The notes under the pieces are model-generated. The model did no database searches. It was given only the letters and a program-made list of their open reading frames with translations, and was not told the origin of the DNA. From a virus, in the IMG/VR virus record IMGVR_UViG_3300028840_004626, positions 30,549-94,548 of that record: DNA of 64,000 nucleotides; one strand, 5' to 3'. Shown here piece after piece: positions 20,111-31,223 of this stretch. Each line of letters opens with the position of its first letter. Position 1 is the stretch's first letter. A program made the translations under genes and the position numbers.

Positions 20111-22741
20111 ATGGCTGACAAGTTTAGGCAAACCTTTCCAATTTCCATTTCGTTTTCGGAGGGTGAGCTACCAACAGCTAGCAAGATGAATGGTCTTGCA
20201 ACCCAGGCTCGCAATGGGCAGGGCGTCATTCAATACGCGCTAGGAGATTTATGGAATCAGGGCGGAGATAGTCTGTTGTCTTCTACCTCTACCTCTGAAA
20301 ATGCGTTAATGATTCCGAGTTTGGCCAGGTATATTGGCGGAGCTCGTTACACAAGTCCGCGCATACCATACCTTGCCAATATTCAGGAGTATACCTATGC
20401 ATTTACTTCTGATGCTGGCGCCTATGAGGCCACGCTTACTTTTCCTCCTGATAGCGGTGCGCCTGCTTATACATGGTCTGCCGTAGGTGGAGAACCCAAT
20501 AATTCAGTTGCTAGTCGCGGATTGGTAGTGGCAGCCGGAGACTATTATGTAGATACCGATACTGGGCAAATTTATACCTATGATGCTATTAATGCCAACT
20601 GGACCTTAACATATAAGCCTGTGGTAGCTGGCGATATAAGTGCAACAGCCACCTATAATATTATTCCTGACTTAGACACCAATAGCTCATATGCATTTCA
20701 GGGAGTCAAAATTAGATATGCGAATGGCGTTGATAATAGTCAGGGCTATGAAATTTGGCTTCCTCCTCGTGGCCCACTCAACACTCGTCGAACAGACAGG
20801 GCCCCACATGATATTTCAGGCAACTATCAAACTAATCCTTCGGGTGGCTCAAGAACATTTTGGCAATCTGGTGCTGTTGCGGCTCCGTCAACCGACGCAA
20901 CAAATGCGGCACATTATAGGTATGTGCTTCCGGATGCTATCACGGGTGCTGCCGGATGGGGTTCTGGAACACAGTTACCTCGCGGCTTTGCATATCTATG
21001 GGATTCAAATAATACGGGAACCGTTATTGAGGGCGTAACTCTAGCTGCAGAATCAGCGGCTAGTCCGCGAACCTATCTTTTAATCGCATCTGGAACTAGT
21101 TTGGATACCTGGTTAACTTCGAGCTATGGCTCTTTGCATTATCCAGATGCAAACTTGAAGAGCTCGTCTCATGCATCCGGATACTATCCTGCAGCTGGAT
21201 TGAAGCTAGTTATTGTAGGGTCTGATATCTCGCAATTCGTATCAGAGCTGATGGCGCAGTTTATTAATCACGATCACAGTGATTCGCACTCAATGCCTGC
21301 TGCGCCTATCAAGCATGGTAAGCTTGAAGACCTATTTGAGCCAAGTGGAAACACTCCAGAGCTGGTGGCCTCTAAGCTTGATAATGATGGACACCCACAA
21401 TACCTGCATCGTGGCGGGTTTGGCGCCGGGACTCTTCGTGACACATATCGCAATGGCATGATGCGCGATATGTTGATGATGAGCTCCAACAGTACGAGCA
21501 ACTACTACAATGTTGACGACGATAGTCGCACTCTATTTTTTGGTCAGGAAAGTCGAACTGCTGGTGGTGTAGTATATTTTAGTCCATACGATGCAGCGAC
21601 TAATGCCGATGGTCTTGACCGCCTAGTAGTTTATGGAAATAATAGCGGCAATACTGCTGGCGGAATTCGTGTTGGTGATGCGGGCTACACCAATAATACA
21701 TATCTAGATATTGGTTACGATACTTCGACTAAGTATATTACGGTCAAAACTGAGCAAAACAATTCAAATCTATATTTTCAGACTGATGGTGGTAGCGCTC
21801 CGTTATATGTAAAAACTACCGGTTCATCAAGCGATATTTTTGTTACTACCGAAGGTGAAGATTCAGATATTTATATTAGCACCGAAGGTGTCAATGAGAC
21901 GATCTTTATTACGGCCGGCAGTAGTGCTGTTGCGCCTCCCACCACTGGTGGAGGATATGATTCTGTGGTTATTCGTGCTGGAGAAGACATCTATGGAAGA
22001 GCTTTTGACGATATCGTTTTTCAGTGCGCCTATGACATTCCAGGAGGTGCAGGAACTGCAGGTACTGCTTTGTCACTAGGTGGCGGGGCACAGATTGCTT
22101 GTGCGGGTGAAATCGACCTAACAACAACGGGTAGCGATATTGATATCAATGCGGACGACGATATCTACATAAACGCCTATGATAAATTTCATCTCGACAG
22201 CGATACGGAAGATATTGTTATGTATATCGGTGCGGTCGACCGCGAATATATGATGCCCCTCATTCCGTTGCCACATGGTACCTATAGGGGCGGAAATTCA
22301 AGGGAGTTCTTGGAATCCGGATGGTATGCATGGGATCCATCAGAATATAATTTCTATGGTGCCACACGCGTACTGAAGACAGGCCCAGGTATGTTTTATG
22401 CCGCAGGTCAACTTCCATGGAACTGTGAAATTGATGGAGCATATCTAGGAATCAGACAATTCGACTCAGGCACCAATCAGCGAATTGAATTTGGTATACG
22501 CTATATTGATTACTATAATGCAGAGTTGACAGCCGAAACTTCTCGCGATAGTGGTCTATTTAATTATGGTGATGTAGTTTGGCATTGGCACTATTTCAAC
22601 CTTAATGGTGGAAATATGTATAACCCGGCATGCCTTTGCAGAATTGCACTGACGGCAGGCGAAATTGAATTTCGTCACGCCATACGGCTCGAAGTAGAAG
22701 ATTGTCGTAATTTTGGAGAATGGTATAGTGCATATATTTAA
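20111..22741 (+). CDS. Tail fibre-like protein
   Basis: 876 aa; N-terminal FSEGELPTASKMN, HGKL..L...DGHPQYL His motif, ~11-aa beta repeats (LYFQTDGGSAP/LYVKTTGSSSD/IFVTTEGEDSD/IYISTEGVNET), globular C-terminus. Confidence 0.65.
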   Translation: MADKFRQTFPISISFSEGELPTASKMNGLATQARNGQGVIQYALGDLWNQGGDSLLSSTSTSENALMIPSLARYIGGARYTSPRIPYLANIQEYTYAFTSDAGAYEATLTFPPDSGAPAYTWSAVGGEPNNSVASRGLVVAAGDYYVDTDTGQIYTYDAINANWTLTYKPVVAGDISATATYNIIPDLDTNSSYAFQGVKIRYANGVDNSQGYEIWLPPRGPLNTRRTDRAPHDISGNYQTNPSGGSRTFWQSGAVAAPSTDATNAAHYRYVLPDAITGAAGWGSGTQLPRGFAYLWDSNNTGTVIEGVTLAAESAASPRTYLLIASGTSLDTWLTSSYGSLHYPDANLKSSSHASGYYPAAGLKLVIVGSDISQFVSELMAQFINHDHSDSHSMPAAPIKHGKLEDLFEPSGNTPELVASKLDNDGHPQYLHRGGFGAGTLRDTYRNGMMRDMLMMSSNSTSNYYNVDDDSRTLFFGQESRTAGGVVYFSPYDAATNADGLDRLVVYGNNSGNTAGGIRVGDAGYTNNTYLDIGYDTSTKYITVKTEQNNSNLYFQTDGGSAPLYVKTTGSSSDIFVTTEGEDSDIYISTEGVNETIFITAGSSAVAPPTTGGGYDSVVIRAGEDIYGRAFDDIVFQCAYDIPGGAGTAGTALSLGGGAQIACAGEIDLTTTGSDIDINADDDIYINAYDKFHLDSDTEDIVMYIGAVDREYMMPLIPLPHGTYRGGNSREFLESGWYAWDPSEYNFYGATRVLKTGPGMFYAAGQLPWNCEIDGAYLGIRQFDSGTNQRIEFGIRYIDYYNAELTAETSRDSGLFNYGDVVWHWHYFNLNGGNMYNPACLCRIALTAGEIEFRHAIRLEVEDCRNFGEWYSAYI

Positions 22742-22758
22742 TTGATTGAGGAATTAAC

Positions 22759-25038
22759 GTGTCATTATCTGTAGGTGGACATAAATTTAAAGTTAGCCAA
22801 GTTCCCTTCTCGGCCGAGGTTCCTTGTCGTGTTAATGTCAAGAAACGTCGAGAGAAGGTAGTATATCGCGCACTGAGTGACAACGACAATATAAATATTG
22901 AATATCTGATTGGAAATACAATTTCGCCAGATGATAATGTATATATTTCTGATCGCAGCACCTCTCTTGTTCAAAATCGTGTTCCTTCAGCTGATGATAT
23001 TACTACAGAGACGACATCTTCATTTACTCTGAACGTTGACCAATTTTTAGTTACAGATATCTTTACTTCACCAACACCGACACAGCCATCCCAGCCATTG
23101 TTCTACGTACATACACTAGAAAACTTTAACAGCACAGTAGATAACTTTGCGTATAAAGAGTTGATCTCTATTGAGTTTGCTAACTACGATCTGCAATCCA
23201 CTGAGCTGTCAGCGTACGTCTTAGATTCAACCACCGGAGAGTTCTTTAATAACTTAGAAAATTCGTATAATGAAGATACCGGCGAAGCCAATGTAACGTT
23301 TATTAAATATGCTGTTCGCACCACTCTAACAAATTCATCTACTATTGAGGTATTCCATGAGTTGTTGGATAATGAGCCCATATATCAAGAGGCATCTTTT
23401 GACGACATTGATGAGTTTGGTATTTTGCTTCCAAGCGTTAAGCGCTACCTGATTGATGAGCTTTTGGGGGGCACACAGTTTCTTATTACCATGCCGTCTA
23501 AACAGGTATACGCCTACAAGGAATTGCCAGAATCTCGTATTCGTCTGTTGCCGCCGACTGCCACAAGTGTGTCTGATCTATGGAATGTTCGAGTTACAAA
23601 TGGCAAGTTTATTACTTCGCTCAATTATACCTCTACTGTATTTCGCAATTATAAGTATCAGATTGCTGAGTTCGATTCACAAACATTTACCCCATATCCG
23701 CCTTATAAATCACAGGTAGAAGAAACAGCAACATGGATTACCCCTGGGCTATGTCAAGTAGCCAAGAATGTTGTTGATGACGTAAACTTGAATTTCTATG
23801 TTGACGTTATTGTGCTGAGTCGTACCGGAACAGTCAAATATGCCTACAGCACTGATCCACAAAAAATAGGAACCCTATACGGGATTAGTTCGGTATCCTA
23901 TACTGCCGGCATACTAAGTGTTGATCAGCCTAATGGATTTATTGAATTATCTGGAACTACGCGCGACGATGACGAGATTTTAGTCAGTTACGTGACGAAA
24001 GAAGAGGAGTATGAGTTCACCTCTTTAGACTTTAATCCTGTTAGTAACCTCGATATCCTTAATCAGCGTATTGTTCTTTATATTTCTCCCGAGAGTGTGG
24101 GAACTGGTAGCTTAGATAGGAGTTTGTATTATCTGGTTGTTGATCCCCTAGGCAAGATTATCTATTCAAGTCAGGCGGACGAGAATGCTGCTGGGCTCGA
24201 TCCAGCGACCCAGAAGCTTCTAGCAGAGGACTTTGATACCACTGGCACCCCAACCCACACATTTTATTATGATAAGACATCTACTACTGCGGGGTTAGCT
24301 AGTAGGGCCAGTGGTGTTAATCCAAGCAGTGTTGAGGATTTTTCGTTTATCGATAAATATACTGTTGAAAGTCAACTGTTTAGTTCTCTTACAACGGTCT
24401 CTGGTACTACCCTTGAGAACCTGACCGAGAACGGTCGTTTCCTGGTTCTCGGAGATGTATATGTCGGAGAAAGTCAACGACCAACTGCTTTTACTGAATT
24501 TGATGTTCGCATAGAAGGCGGCGGGATTAAAGATGACCAGGTCACAGATGCCTTGGCAGAGCAGCCAGAGGCTGCGTGGTATTGGGATTTCATTGCCAGG
24601 AGGCCCTATCCTGCTACAACGGCATTTTATGTTGAGGTTCCACAAACTCTTTTATCAACTCATGGTGGAAGATTTACACGTAGCGAAATCAAAACTCTAA
24701 TTGATAAACATATGCAGCTAGGTGGATATGCTGCGTTAAATACCTATGGGGTAGATCCAACAGTTACTGGTGTATCAACCTCGTCTGGCTCAGCACTGAT
24801 TGCATGGCCGAGCTATGGATCATCAACTACGTACGCTATTTTCCAGTCAAAAAATATTGATGGCCCATTTAGCCAGTACAATAATGTTACCTATAATGAT
24901 AGGTCTGCGGGCAATTGCGTGCTGATGACTGGTTTCATTCCGAATACCAAGTACTATTTAGAAGTAAGGGCAACAAAGGATAGCGATGTATCGGCTGGTC
25001 CTCTAGTAGCCATTACTACGACAGCCTTAGGGGGATAA
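22759..25038 (+). CDS. Baseplate structural protein with C-terminal fibronectin type III-like domain
   Basis: 759 aa; C-terminal ALIAWP...YAIFQS...GFIPNTKYYLEVRAT is FN3-like; ILSVDQPNGFIEL module. Confidence 0.65.
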   Translation: MSLSVGGHKFKVSQVPFSAEVPCRVNVKKRREKVVYRALSDNDNINIEYLIGNTISPDDNVYISDRSTSLVQNRVPSADDITTETTSSFTLNVDQFLVTDIFTSPTPTQPSQPLFYVHTLENFNSTVDNFAYKELISIEFANYDLQSTELSAYVLDSTTGEFFNNLENSYNEDTGEANVTFIKYAVRTTLTNSSTIEVFHELLDNEPIYQEASFDDIDEFGILLPSVKRYLIDELLGGTQFLITMPSKQVYAYKELPESRIRLLPPTATSVSDLWNVRVTNGKFITSLNYTSTVFRNYKYQIAEFDSQTFTPYPPYKSQVEETATWITPGLCQVAKNVVDDVNLNFYVDVIVLSRTGTVKYAYSTDPQKIGTLYGISSVSYTAGILSVDQPNGFIELSGTTRDDDEILVSYVTKEEEYEFTSLDFNPVSNLDILNQRIVLYISPESVGTGSLDRSLYYLVVDPLGKIIYSSQADENAAGLDPATQKLLAEDFDTTGTPTHTFYYDKTSTTAGLASRASGVNPSSVEDFSFIDKYTVESQLFSSLTTVSGTTLENLTENGRFLVLGDVYVGESQRPTAFTEFDVRIEGGGIKDDQVTDALAEQPEAAWYWDFIARRPYPATTAFYVEVPQTLLSTHGGRFTRSEIKTLIDKHMQLGGYAALNTYGVDPTVTGVSTSSGSALIAWPSYGSSTTYAIFQSKNIDGPFSQYNNVTYNDRSAGNCVLMTGFIPNTKYYLEVRATKDSDVSAGPLVAITTTALGG

Positions 25039-25041
25039 GCA

Positions 25042-25587
25042 ATGTCAGTTAATGTAATTTGGTCTTATACAAATGGAGGTACCGCAATTAGCGACTTGAT
25101 TAATCATGGGAATATCGCTAATGGGAATACGTCGACTGCTAAAACGATTTATTTACGTCATGATGGCGCAAGTGAGATTACTAATGTTGGCGTATATATT
25201 AGGCAATATTCTGGTACATATAATGGGGATGCTACTGCAGCTTCCGATTTTGCTGAAATAATTGCCTGGGGAGATAATAGTGCCTCAAATACATTTGGGG
25301 GTATACATATTAATTGGGATGCAGTAGGAGCATTTCCTGCGGCATCATGGCCCCTATATAATGACAAAGATCCCTCGAATGGTTTTACTCATCGGACGGG
25401 CGTGGGTGATAGCGAAGGCAATGCGGTTACTATACCTACAGCTACTGGAGCTACGACGGCTGGTGAAATTGAGGCTGGCGCTTCCCCTAACGTACGGTTT
25501 CAACTACGGGTTCAGGTTCCAACAGCCGAAGATACGACCGGAACACGGCAATTTGACCAGGTGATACGATATAGCTTTACAAGCTAA
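25042..25587 (+). CDS. Small beta-rich virion structural protein
   Basis: 181 aa, G/T/A/N-rich Ig-like strands; inside the structural module. Confidence 0.55.
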   Translation: MSVNVIWSYTNGGTAISDLINHGNIANGNTSTAKTIYLRHDGASEITNVGVYIRQYSGTYNGDATAASDFAEIIAWGDNSASNTFGGIHINWDAVGAFPAASWPLYNDKDPSNGFTHRTGVGDSEGNAVTIPTATGATTAGEIEAGASPNVRFQLRVQVPTAEDTTGTRQFDQVIRYSFTS

Positions 25588-25597
25588 AGGAGAACTT

Positions 25598-26026
25598 ATG
25601 AACGGCTGGACCAAATATTATGCAGATGGCAGAACATATATTGGAACTGACCAGGATGTTCAGGCTGGGACCGCAAGTTGGCGCAAAAGTCCACAGAGGG
25701 GCATGATTGCAGCCTCTATGCAGCATGGCAACTGTTGTGTCCGTATCAATGGCATGGGCACATTCTGGCAGTCAGATGGTTATGAGTCGTCTTATCCTGG
25801 GACAACTAAGCTTATTAAGCGAAGCATCATGAAGCAGATTGCTCCTGGGGATAAATTCTATAGAATGGCTCGTAGTGATTACAGGTTAGAAATCACTTTC
25901 AATGGCGAGCTAGCTAACGGAAAGTTTATTAAGGTGCCACAGTCATATCAGGGTAAATGGCTTGTAGCAGAAATAGACCTGTTGATCAATAAAGTGAAAA
26001 TTTTTATATCGGATATCAGAGTATAA
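25598..26026 (+). CDS. Hypothetical protein
   Basis: 142 aa ORF, AAGGAG RBS, TAATG coupling to next gene. Confidence 0.65.
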   Translation: MNGWTKYYADGRTYIGTDQDVQAGTASWRKSPQRGMIAASMQHGNCCVRINGMGTFWQSDGYESSYPGTTKLIKRSIMKQIAPGDKFYRMARSDYRLEITFNGELANGKFIKVPQSYQGKWLVAEIDLLINKVKIFISDIRV

Positions 26027-28083
26027 TGGCAAGTAATTATCTGGATAAATTTCGCAGCACACTGCCCGTTACACAGGGCAACCAATTGCTCAAGCGCCTT
26101 CTGGCCAAGAGAGACTCGGGCGAGATACGTACTGTCGACGAGTTTAAGGCTCGCTTGCGAGAATTGACTGCTGAGCTTCTCGAAAAGAGAATTAAGCCTA
26201 CTTTTAAGTTATTCGAGGCAGTAGCAGGAGAAGACATTAGCTCCGAGCAATACAACGAGATGCTTGAGCGCATTCACGATGATCTTGAGGCCGCATTTTC
26301 TGAAGCTGACAATATTGATGAAATTGTCTCAGCACATCGCAACCTTATTGATGATGTGGCATTGAAAGCAATTGAATTTGGGGTCAACGAACTAGAATCT
26401 AGAATTAATCTTTACGAATTTCTCAATCGCAGCGGAGATGGATTTGACAGCGCCCTTTTCAACACCTTTAGGGAATCTGAAACATTTGCTTTATCCCGGT
26501 CTTCTGATGATGCCACTCTAGTCTATATTGATCCTCGTGCTACCGAAAGCATTGGTCCAACCGAAGAGGCGTTAATTGATCTGGTGGGAGAACGATTGAC
26601 CATGGGAACCTCTTCAGCTGCTTATGTATCTGTGCGAGAAGCCGAGTGGCTTTTCAATCGCAACAGTGTTCAGAGTGAGCTGGATGTGAGGTTTGATGGG
26701 TCCGACGTTAATAATATTATTGATGGTACAAGCAACACATACTGGGTTGTACCAGTATTAAGTAGCACCATTCGTACGGGGGGTATGCCCATGGAGGTTG
26801 CCCTCAAGACTAATGCGTCTCAGGATATCAACTTTATTGATATTGAGCCTGCCACTGAATTTCCTATGTATCTGGCACAGATTGATTATTTAGATAGCAA
26901 TTATACGAGACAAACAGTTAGTAGTGACCTGATAACCTTGTCTGGGCCCACGCGAGTTAACTTTGAGCGCATTACCACTAAAACACTTATCTTGCGTTTT
27001 CGACAAGATAACTATAAAGAGGTACAGTTTAAACCAAAGCTTGGCACTTCTAATTTCCATCGGGCAGTTTTGAGCAAAAACAATTTCACGGTGGATATGG
27101 AATCGGTAAGTGACGATTTGTACGAGATGTTATCGTCTGATTTCATGCTGAGCGACATCATGAATGTGCCCACCAACACCAATACGGTACAGAAGTATTT
27201 TGAATACGTATTGGGATTTGATAACATTCGACCAGGATTTAATAGGTATAACAATAGGGCGATCTTCGTGAGCGTCAAAAAAGAAGTAGATTATCCTGGA
27301 CAGTTTGGACTGCGTGTAGACGAGCAGAGGCCCGTACAAGTCGGAGGGTCAACCTCCGTTACTATCGCAGATCATTCTTATCCATCCCGTTCGACAGACG
27401 AAGACAATCGTTTTTACCATAGCGTGCCAGAGTATTGGTTGACTCTTAAATTTTATAGTGATGATGATTATCTTATTGCCACTGATACTGTCCCTATCCT
27501 CCCCATTGGGGCTAAACGGATATATCACGAGCAACTAATCTTTACACATAAAAGCGCACCAACCGAACTCAATCCAAATCAGGGTTCGTTACGTTTTTAT
27601 TGTGACGAAGATTCATCGGATGTAAGGGTTTATCGAAATAACACACTTCTAACTTATGGCGACACTGAGCAGTGGAGATTTGTTCCTGCTACAGGAGCAG
27701 ATGCTAACAGTGATCTGACACTGGAAGTTGCTGCAGGTGGTAGCAGAATGAAGAGAGGCATTTGGATTGTGGGCGGTGTACGCCCACTGGATATTTATAC
27801 TGTGAGCTATACCCCTAAAACATCTAATACGCGGATATTGCCCGCCGACAGTACATTATTTGATCTTGTAGATCTTGTTGGGGATCAGTCTATTCGGATG
27901 ATTAGAGACAACTTAATCACGGTTGACGGTGTTCGCAAATCGCAGGCAGTGGCTAGGGCAGATGTTTATTTAAGTATTCTAATGAGACTTAACTCGGCCA
28001 ATGATAACTTTTCTACTATCATTGAGGAATATATGTTATTGACTGGATCGCGAAATCTAGAAAAGTTTGTGAGTGATGTCTAA
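26026..28083 (+). CDS. Baseplate/fibre-network protein with discoidin (F5/8C)-like domain, paralog 1
   Basis: 685 aa; helical N-terminus (ISSEQYNEMLERIHDDL), SDVNNIIDGTSNTYW and INFIDIEP discoidin-type motifs. Confidence 0.6.
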   Translation: MASNYLDKFRSTLPVTQGNQLLKRLLAKRDSGEIRTVDEFKARLRELTAELLEKRIKPTFKLFEAVAGEDISSEQYNEMLERIHDDLEAAFSEADNIDEIVSAHRNLIDDVALKAIEFGVNELESRINLYEFLNRSGDGFDSALFNTFRESETFALSRSSDDATLVYIDPRATESIGPTEEALIDLVGERLTMGTSSAAYVSVREAEWLFNRNSVQSELDVRFDGSDVNNIIDGTSNTYWVVPVLSSTIRTGGMPMEVALKTNASQDINFIDIEPATEFPMYLAQIDYLDSNYTRQTVSSDLITLSGPTRVNFERITTKTLILRFRQDNYKEVQFKPKLGTSNFHRAVLSKNNFTVDMESVSDDLYEMLSSDFMLSDIMNVPTNTNTVQKYFEYVLGFDNIRPGFNRYNNRAIFVSVKKEVDYPGQFGLRVDEQRPVQVGGSTSVTIADHSYPSRSTDEDNRFYHSVPEYWLTLKFYSDDDYLIATDTVPILPIGAKRIYHEQLIFTHKSAPTELNPNQGSLRFYCDEDSSDVRVYRNNTLLTYGDTEQWRFVPATGADANSDLTLEVAAGGSRMKRGIWIVGGVRPLDIYTVSYTPKTSNTRILPADSTLFDLVDLVGDQSIRMIRDNLITVDGVRKSQAVARADVYLSILMRLNSANDNFSTIIEEYMLLTGSRNLEKFVSDV

Positions 28084-31000
28084 TGAATAAGGAACGCACT
28101 GAAGTTAAAAGCCGTATGTTGCGCAATAAGTTGGGCACTTTAGCGACTCGACTGCAACAGGCTGCTGATCCTAAGGGCGCAAATCCAGACTATCAAACGC
28201 TTGAAAAAATTATTGCTCAATCCGTAAAGATTTTGAGTGATTTTTATAAGAGACTGTCTGAGCCAATTCATAAGCCTAACGAGATTAAGGCTGATACTTT
28301 ACCTGATCCAGATGACTATAATGACAATTTTCAGGCTATCGCCGATGACCTTGAAGTCGTTTTCGCAGAGTTTGAGAACCTAGAGAGTCTTGTATTGGGC
28401 AACTTTAATTATATTGTATCGCGGCTCAATCGATTGAATCGCAAGCTGAAATCTACTTACTCTTCGCTTGGTGACTTTATTCTATATGCCGATTTGCCGC
28501 TCAAAGACGCATTCTATTTTCAGGACTCATTTACCAATCTGGCGCGAGTGGAAACCAACTCTCCACTGCTCAATGGAGAGCAATGCGAGATTAACCAGGT
28601 TGAAGGTATCGCAACGCTACCAGTTGATAGGGAGTCACAAGAAGTTATTTCTGTAACAGAACTGCCTGTTATCAATTCTAACAGCAATGGCGTGAATGGT
28701 AACAACCAAGAGGCGGGTGCAGCTACAAACTCGGATATTTCAACCATTACCGATAATAATGCGGATACCTGGTTTGAATACGAACGGGTTGTCGCTGTAG
28801 ATGATGGAGTAACTCTTGTACTGGATTTCACCATCAATCTGGGTGATATAAAGGTGATTAATTTTGTCCGCATTAATCCCAATAATTTTGGTACAAAAAC
28901 CCAGGTTAAAATTGTCAATATTGATACGTCGTCAAATGGTAATGACTTCATAAGCATTAAAGACGACATTCCCATTGCTGACTTTGTAGTGGAAGACGAA
29001 GAGAATGTTTTTACGTTGGCCCCTAGCACATCTAAGTACGCAGGACAGGGACTATATACTTTTACTGCGCGCGAAGCTAAATATATTCGTTTTACCTTAG
29101 AACAGCAGACCCCTTATACCATCGTTACTTCGGCTGGTTTAACGAAGTCTAGGTACGCTATTGGTATTCGAGATGTCGAGGTTGCTGCTTTGCCATACAA
29201 AACCAAGGCTGAATTGATTTCTACAGAATATCTCGCATATGATGATATCCGGAAAGTAGCGCTGCTAAGCAATCAGAATCCTGATGCGGCCACCACATCT
29301 GCACTAGTATCTATTGACCATTATGTGTCTCCAGACAATGGTATTACTTGGCATCAGATCCGACCACTTGTGTCTGGGGGACTAATAGCGGTAGATCAGA
29401 CTGTGCCCGAGGTGTTAGATTTTAATGGGGTGGGAGAGAATTCTATCGAGACTACTAATCCGGTTTATACCTTGCGCTACAAAGCTGTCATGGAGAGGTA
29501 TACTGAAGCCTTTGTAGATGATGCCTCTGAATTGGCCCAGCGGATTCAGGACGGCACAGAACTTCACTCGGTGCCTGGCTCCACTCCATTTGAACTTACA
29601 CTACAGCAACGTCCCATTACTGGCACAATTAAATTGATTGATCCTAATATGGGAAGTCGTGGCAAGGATGATATTCGCTATAAGATTGCAAAAGGAACAG
29701 GTTCGCAGCTTCGCATTGTGCTATCTGCATTTAAGCCGTTAGTCAAAGATAAGTCTAAGGTGTTATCTGGCGGCAAGTATTATATTCAAGAGAGTGACCC
29801 TCAAACCATTTATATCAATGGTATTGCGTGGAGTCGCGGAGCTTTATCGGGTGCTAGCACCAAAAACTACAAACTTAATTTTGAAGAGGGAACCCTTGAG
29901 TTTGGCGATGGAACTAATGGCAAGGCGGTACCCAATGATTCATTGATCGAAATGTCTTTATCAGAGGAGAGGGTTTTTCCTGGACGTGGCGAGGGGCATT
30001 ATGCGACCCTGCAATATCCTACGGCAAGAGACCAGAAGCGCGTTGCCTTGCGTGTACGCCATCCAGAAAAAACAGTTACCAAAGTTCTCAATAAGGGTGC
30101 AACCCGCAACCTGCTTGATGCAGACATTGTTTCTGGTAGCGCCCTACGTTTTAGCTCTAGTGCTGCTGCCACTAGTTTTGTGACCGAGATTGATTTTGAT
30201 AATTGGGATGAAGATAGCCAGTCAGATGGGGACTGGTCTGTAGATAGGACCAATGGGGTGCTTTACAATAAGTTGCGCACAAGCGAACAGGAGGATATGA
30301 CTGTCACATATACCTATTATCCCTCTACCGTGCTAACAGAGAACCAGTGGTCGTTTGCAGAGGGGACCGAGGGAAGCAATGTCATTTCGATATCTGCGGA
30401 TGCTTTCCAGACCTTTACAGCATCCACTATGGATGTTCCAAAAAATGCGAAGTACTTTAATCTTGCGCATATGGCTATTGTTAAAGGAACGATTGAGTTT
30501 AAGAATTCTATTACAGGCAATGTTCCAGCGACCCTGTCTCAGGAGGTCGAGTTTGTTGATGGTCGAACAGAATTGCTAGGGGCCATCTCGACAACCGAAG
30601 AACTGTCCCCCATTACATCAGTGGGGTTTCATAGCATTCCTTTTCGCATGAAGGTAATCGATAATACTAGTTATGCGGTCACTTTTTCCAATACGACTAT
30701 TTTCTCACAAGAGGTTGTGGGAGAACCTTCATCTCCTGGCGAATATCGTGTGCGCCGTGATTATGGGCTCAAGGGTTCTGTGGAAGTATATGTGGGACAA
30801 ACCTATGAGGATCCGGGAGAAATTAACTATTACTATCGAGACTACCAAATCAATCGGGCTGGGCGATATTCAGTCAACTACGAAACTGGAGAGGTTTATT
30901 GCGTTGAACGTCCTGGCATTAATGTTACAGTGGATTATGAGTACACCGACTATCGCGTCAAGTATGATATAGCGCGCCTGGTGAATGCTGATGACTGGGA

Positions 31001-31223
31001 TCATGACAATGATACCAACAAGATTACGATTAAAGATCGGGAAATCATGAAGAATTTAGCTGTGCGGCAGACTGGTGCCGAGGGGGCAGCTAAGAGATAT
31101 TATCAGGTTTCTTACCAGTATATCGAGGAGCCGAGAGATAATGTAACTAATCTGGAGCCATATTTTACTCCGGTTCTCAAGGACTATGCACTCAAGGTTG
31201 TGACTAAGAGCAGGTTAATTTAA
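28083..31223 (+). CDS. Baseplate/fibre-network protein with discoidin-like domain, paralog 2
   Basis: 1046 aa; DDYNDNFQAIADDL, SDISTITDNNADTWF, INFVRINP; LNFEEGTLEFGDGTNGKAVP and repeated Y/W-S-V-D/N-x-x-x-G modules. Confidence 0.6.
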   Translation: MNKERTEVKSRMLRNKLGTLATRLQQAADPKGANPDYQTLEKIIAQSVKILSDFYKRLSEPIHKPNEIKADTLPDPDDYNDNFQAIADDLEVVFAEFENLESLVLGNFNYIVSRLNRLNRKLKSTYSSLGDFILYADLPLKDAFYFQDSFTNLARVETNSPLLNGEQCEINQVEGIATLPVDRESQEVISVTELPVINSNSNGVNGNNQEAGAATNSDISTITDNNADTWFEYERVVAVDDGVTLVLDFTINLGDIKVINFVRINPNNFGTKTQVKIVNIDTSSNGNDFISIKDDIPIADFVVEDEENVFTLAPSTSKYAGQGLYTFTAREAKYIRFTLEQQTPYTIVTSAGLTKSRYAIGIRDVEVAALPYKTKAELISTEYLAYDDIRKVALLSNQNPDAATTSALVSIDHYVSPDNGITWHQIRPLVSGGLIAVDQTVPEVLDFNGVGENSIETTNPVYTLRYKAVMERYTEAFVDDASELAQRIQDGTELHSVPGSTPFELTLQQRPITGTIKLIDPNMGSRGKDDIRYKIAKGTGSQLRIVLSAFKPLVKDKSKVLSGGKYYIQESDPQTIYINGIAWSRGALSGASTKNYKLNFEEGTLEFGDGTNGKAVPNDSLIEMSLSEERVFPGRGEGHYATLQYPTARDQKRVALRVRHPEKTVTKVLNKGATRNLLDADIVSGSALRFSSSAAATSFVTEIDFDNWDEDSQSDGDWSVDRTNGVLYNKLRTSEQEDMTVTYTYYPSTVLTENQWSFAEGTEGSNVISISADAFQTFTASTMDVPKNAKYFNLAHMAIVKGTIEFKNSITGNVPATLSQEVEFVDGRTELLGAISTTEELSPITSVGFHSIPFRMKVIDNTSYAVTFSNTTIFSQEVVGEPSSPGEYRVRRDYGLKGSVEVYVGQTYEDPGEINYYYRDYQINRAGRYSVNYETGEVYCVERPGINVTVDYEYTDYRVKYDIARLVNADDWDHDNDTNKITIKDREIMKNLAVRQTGAEGAAKRYYQVSYQYIEEPRDNVTNLEPYFTPVLKDYALKVVTKSRLI

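Noticed and set aside
21760-21790. NLYFQ resembling a TEV protease site
   Set aside because: Lacks the required E and G/S positions; it is part of the natural beta repeat.
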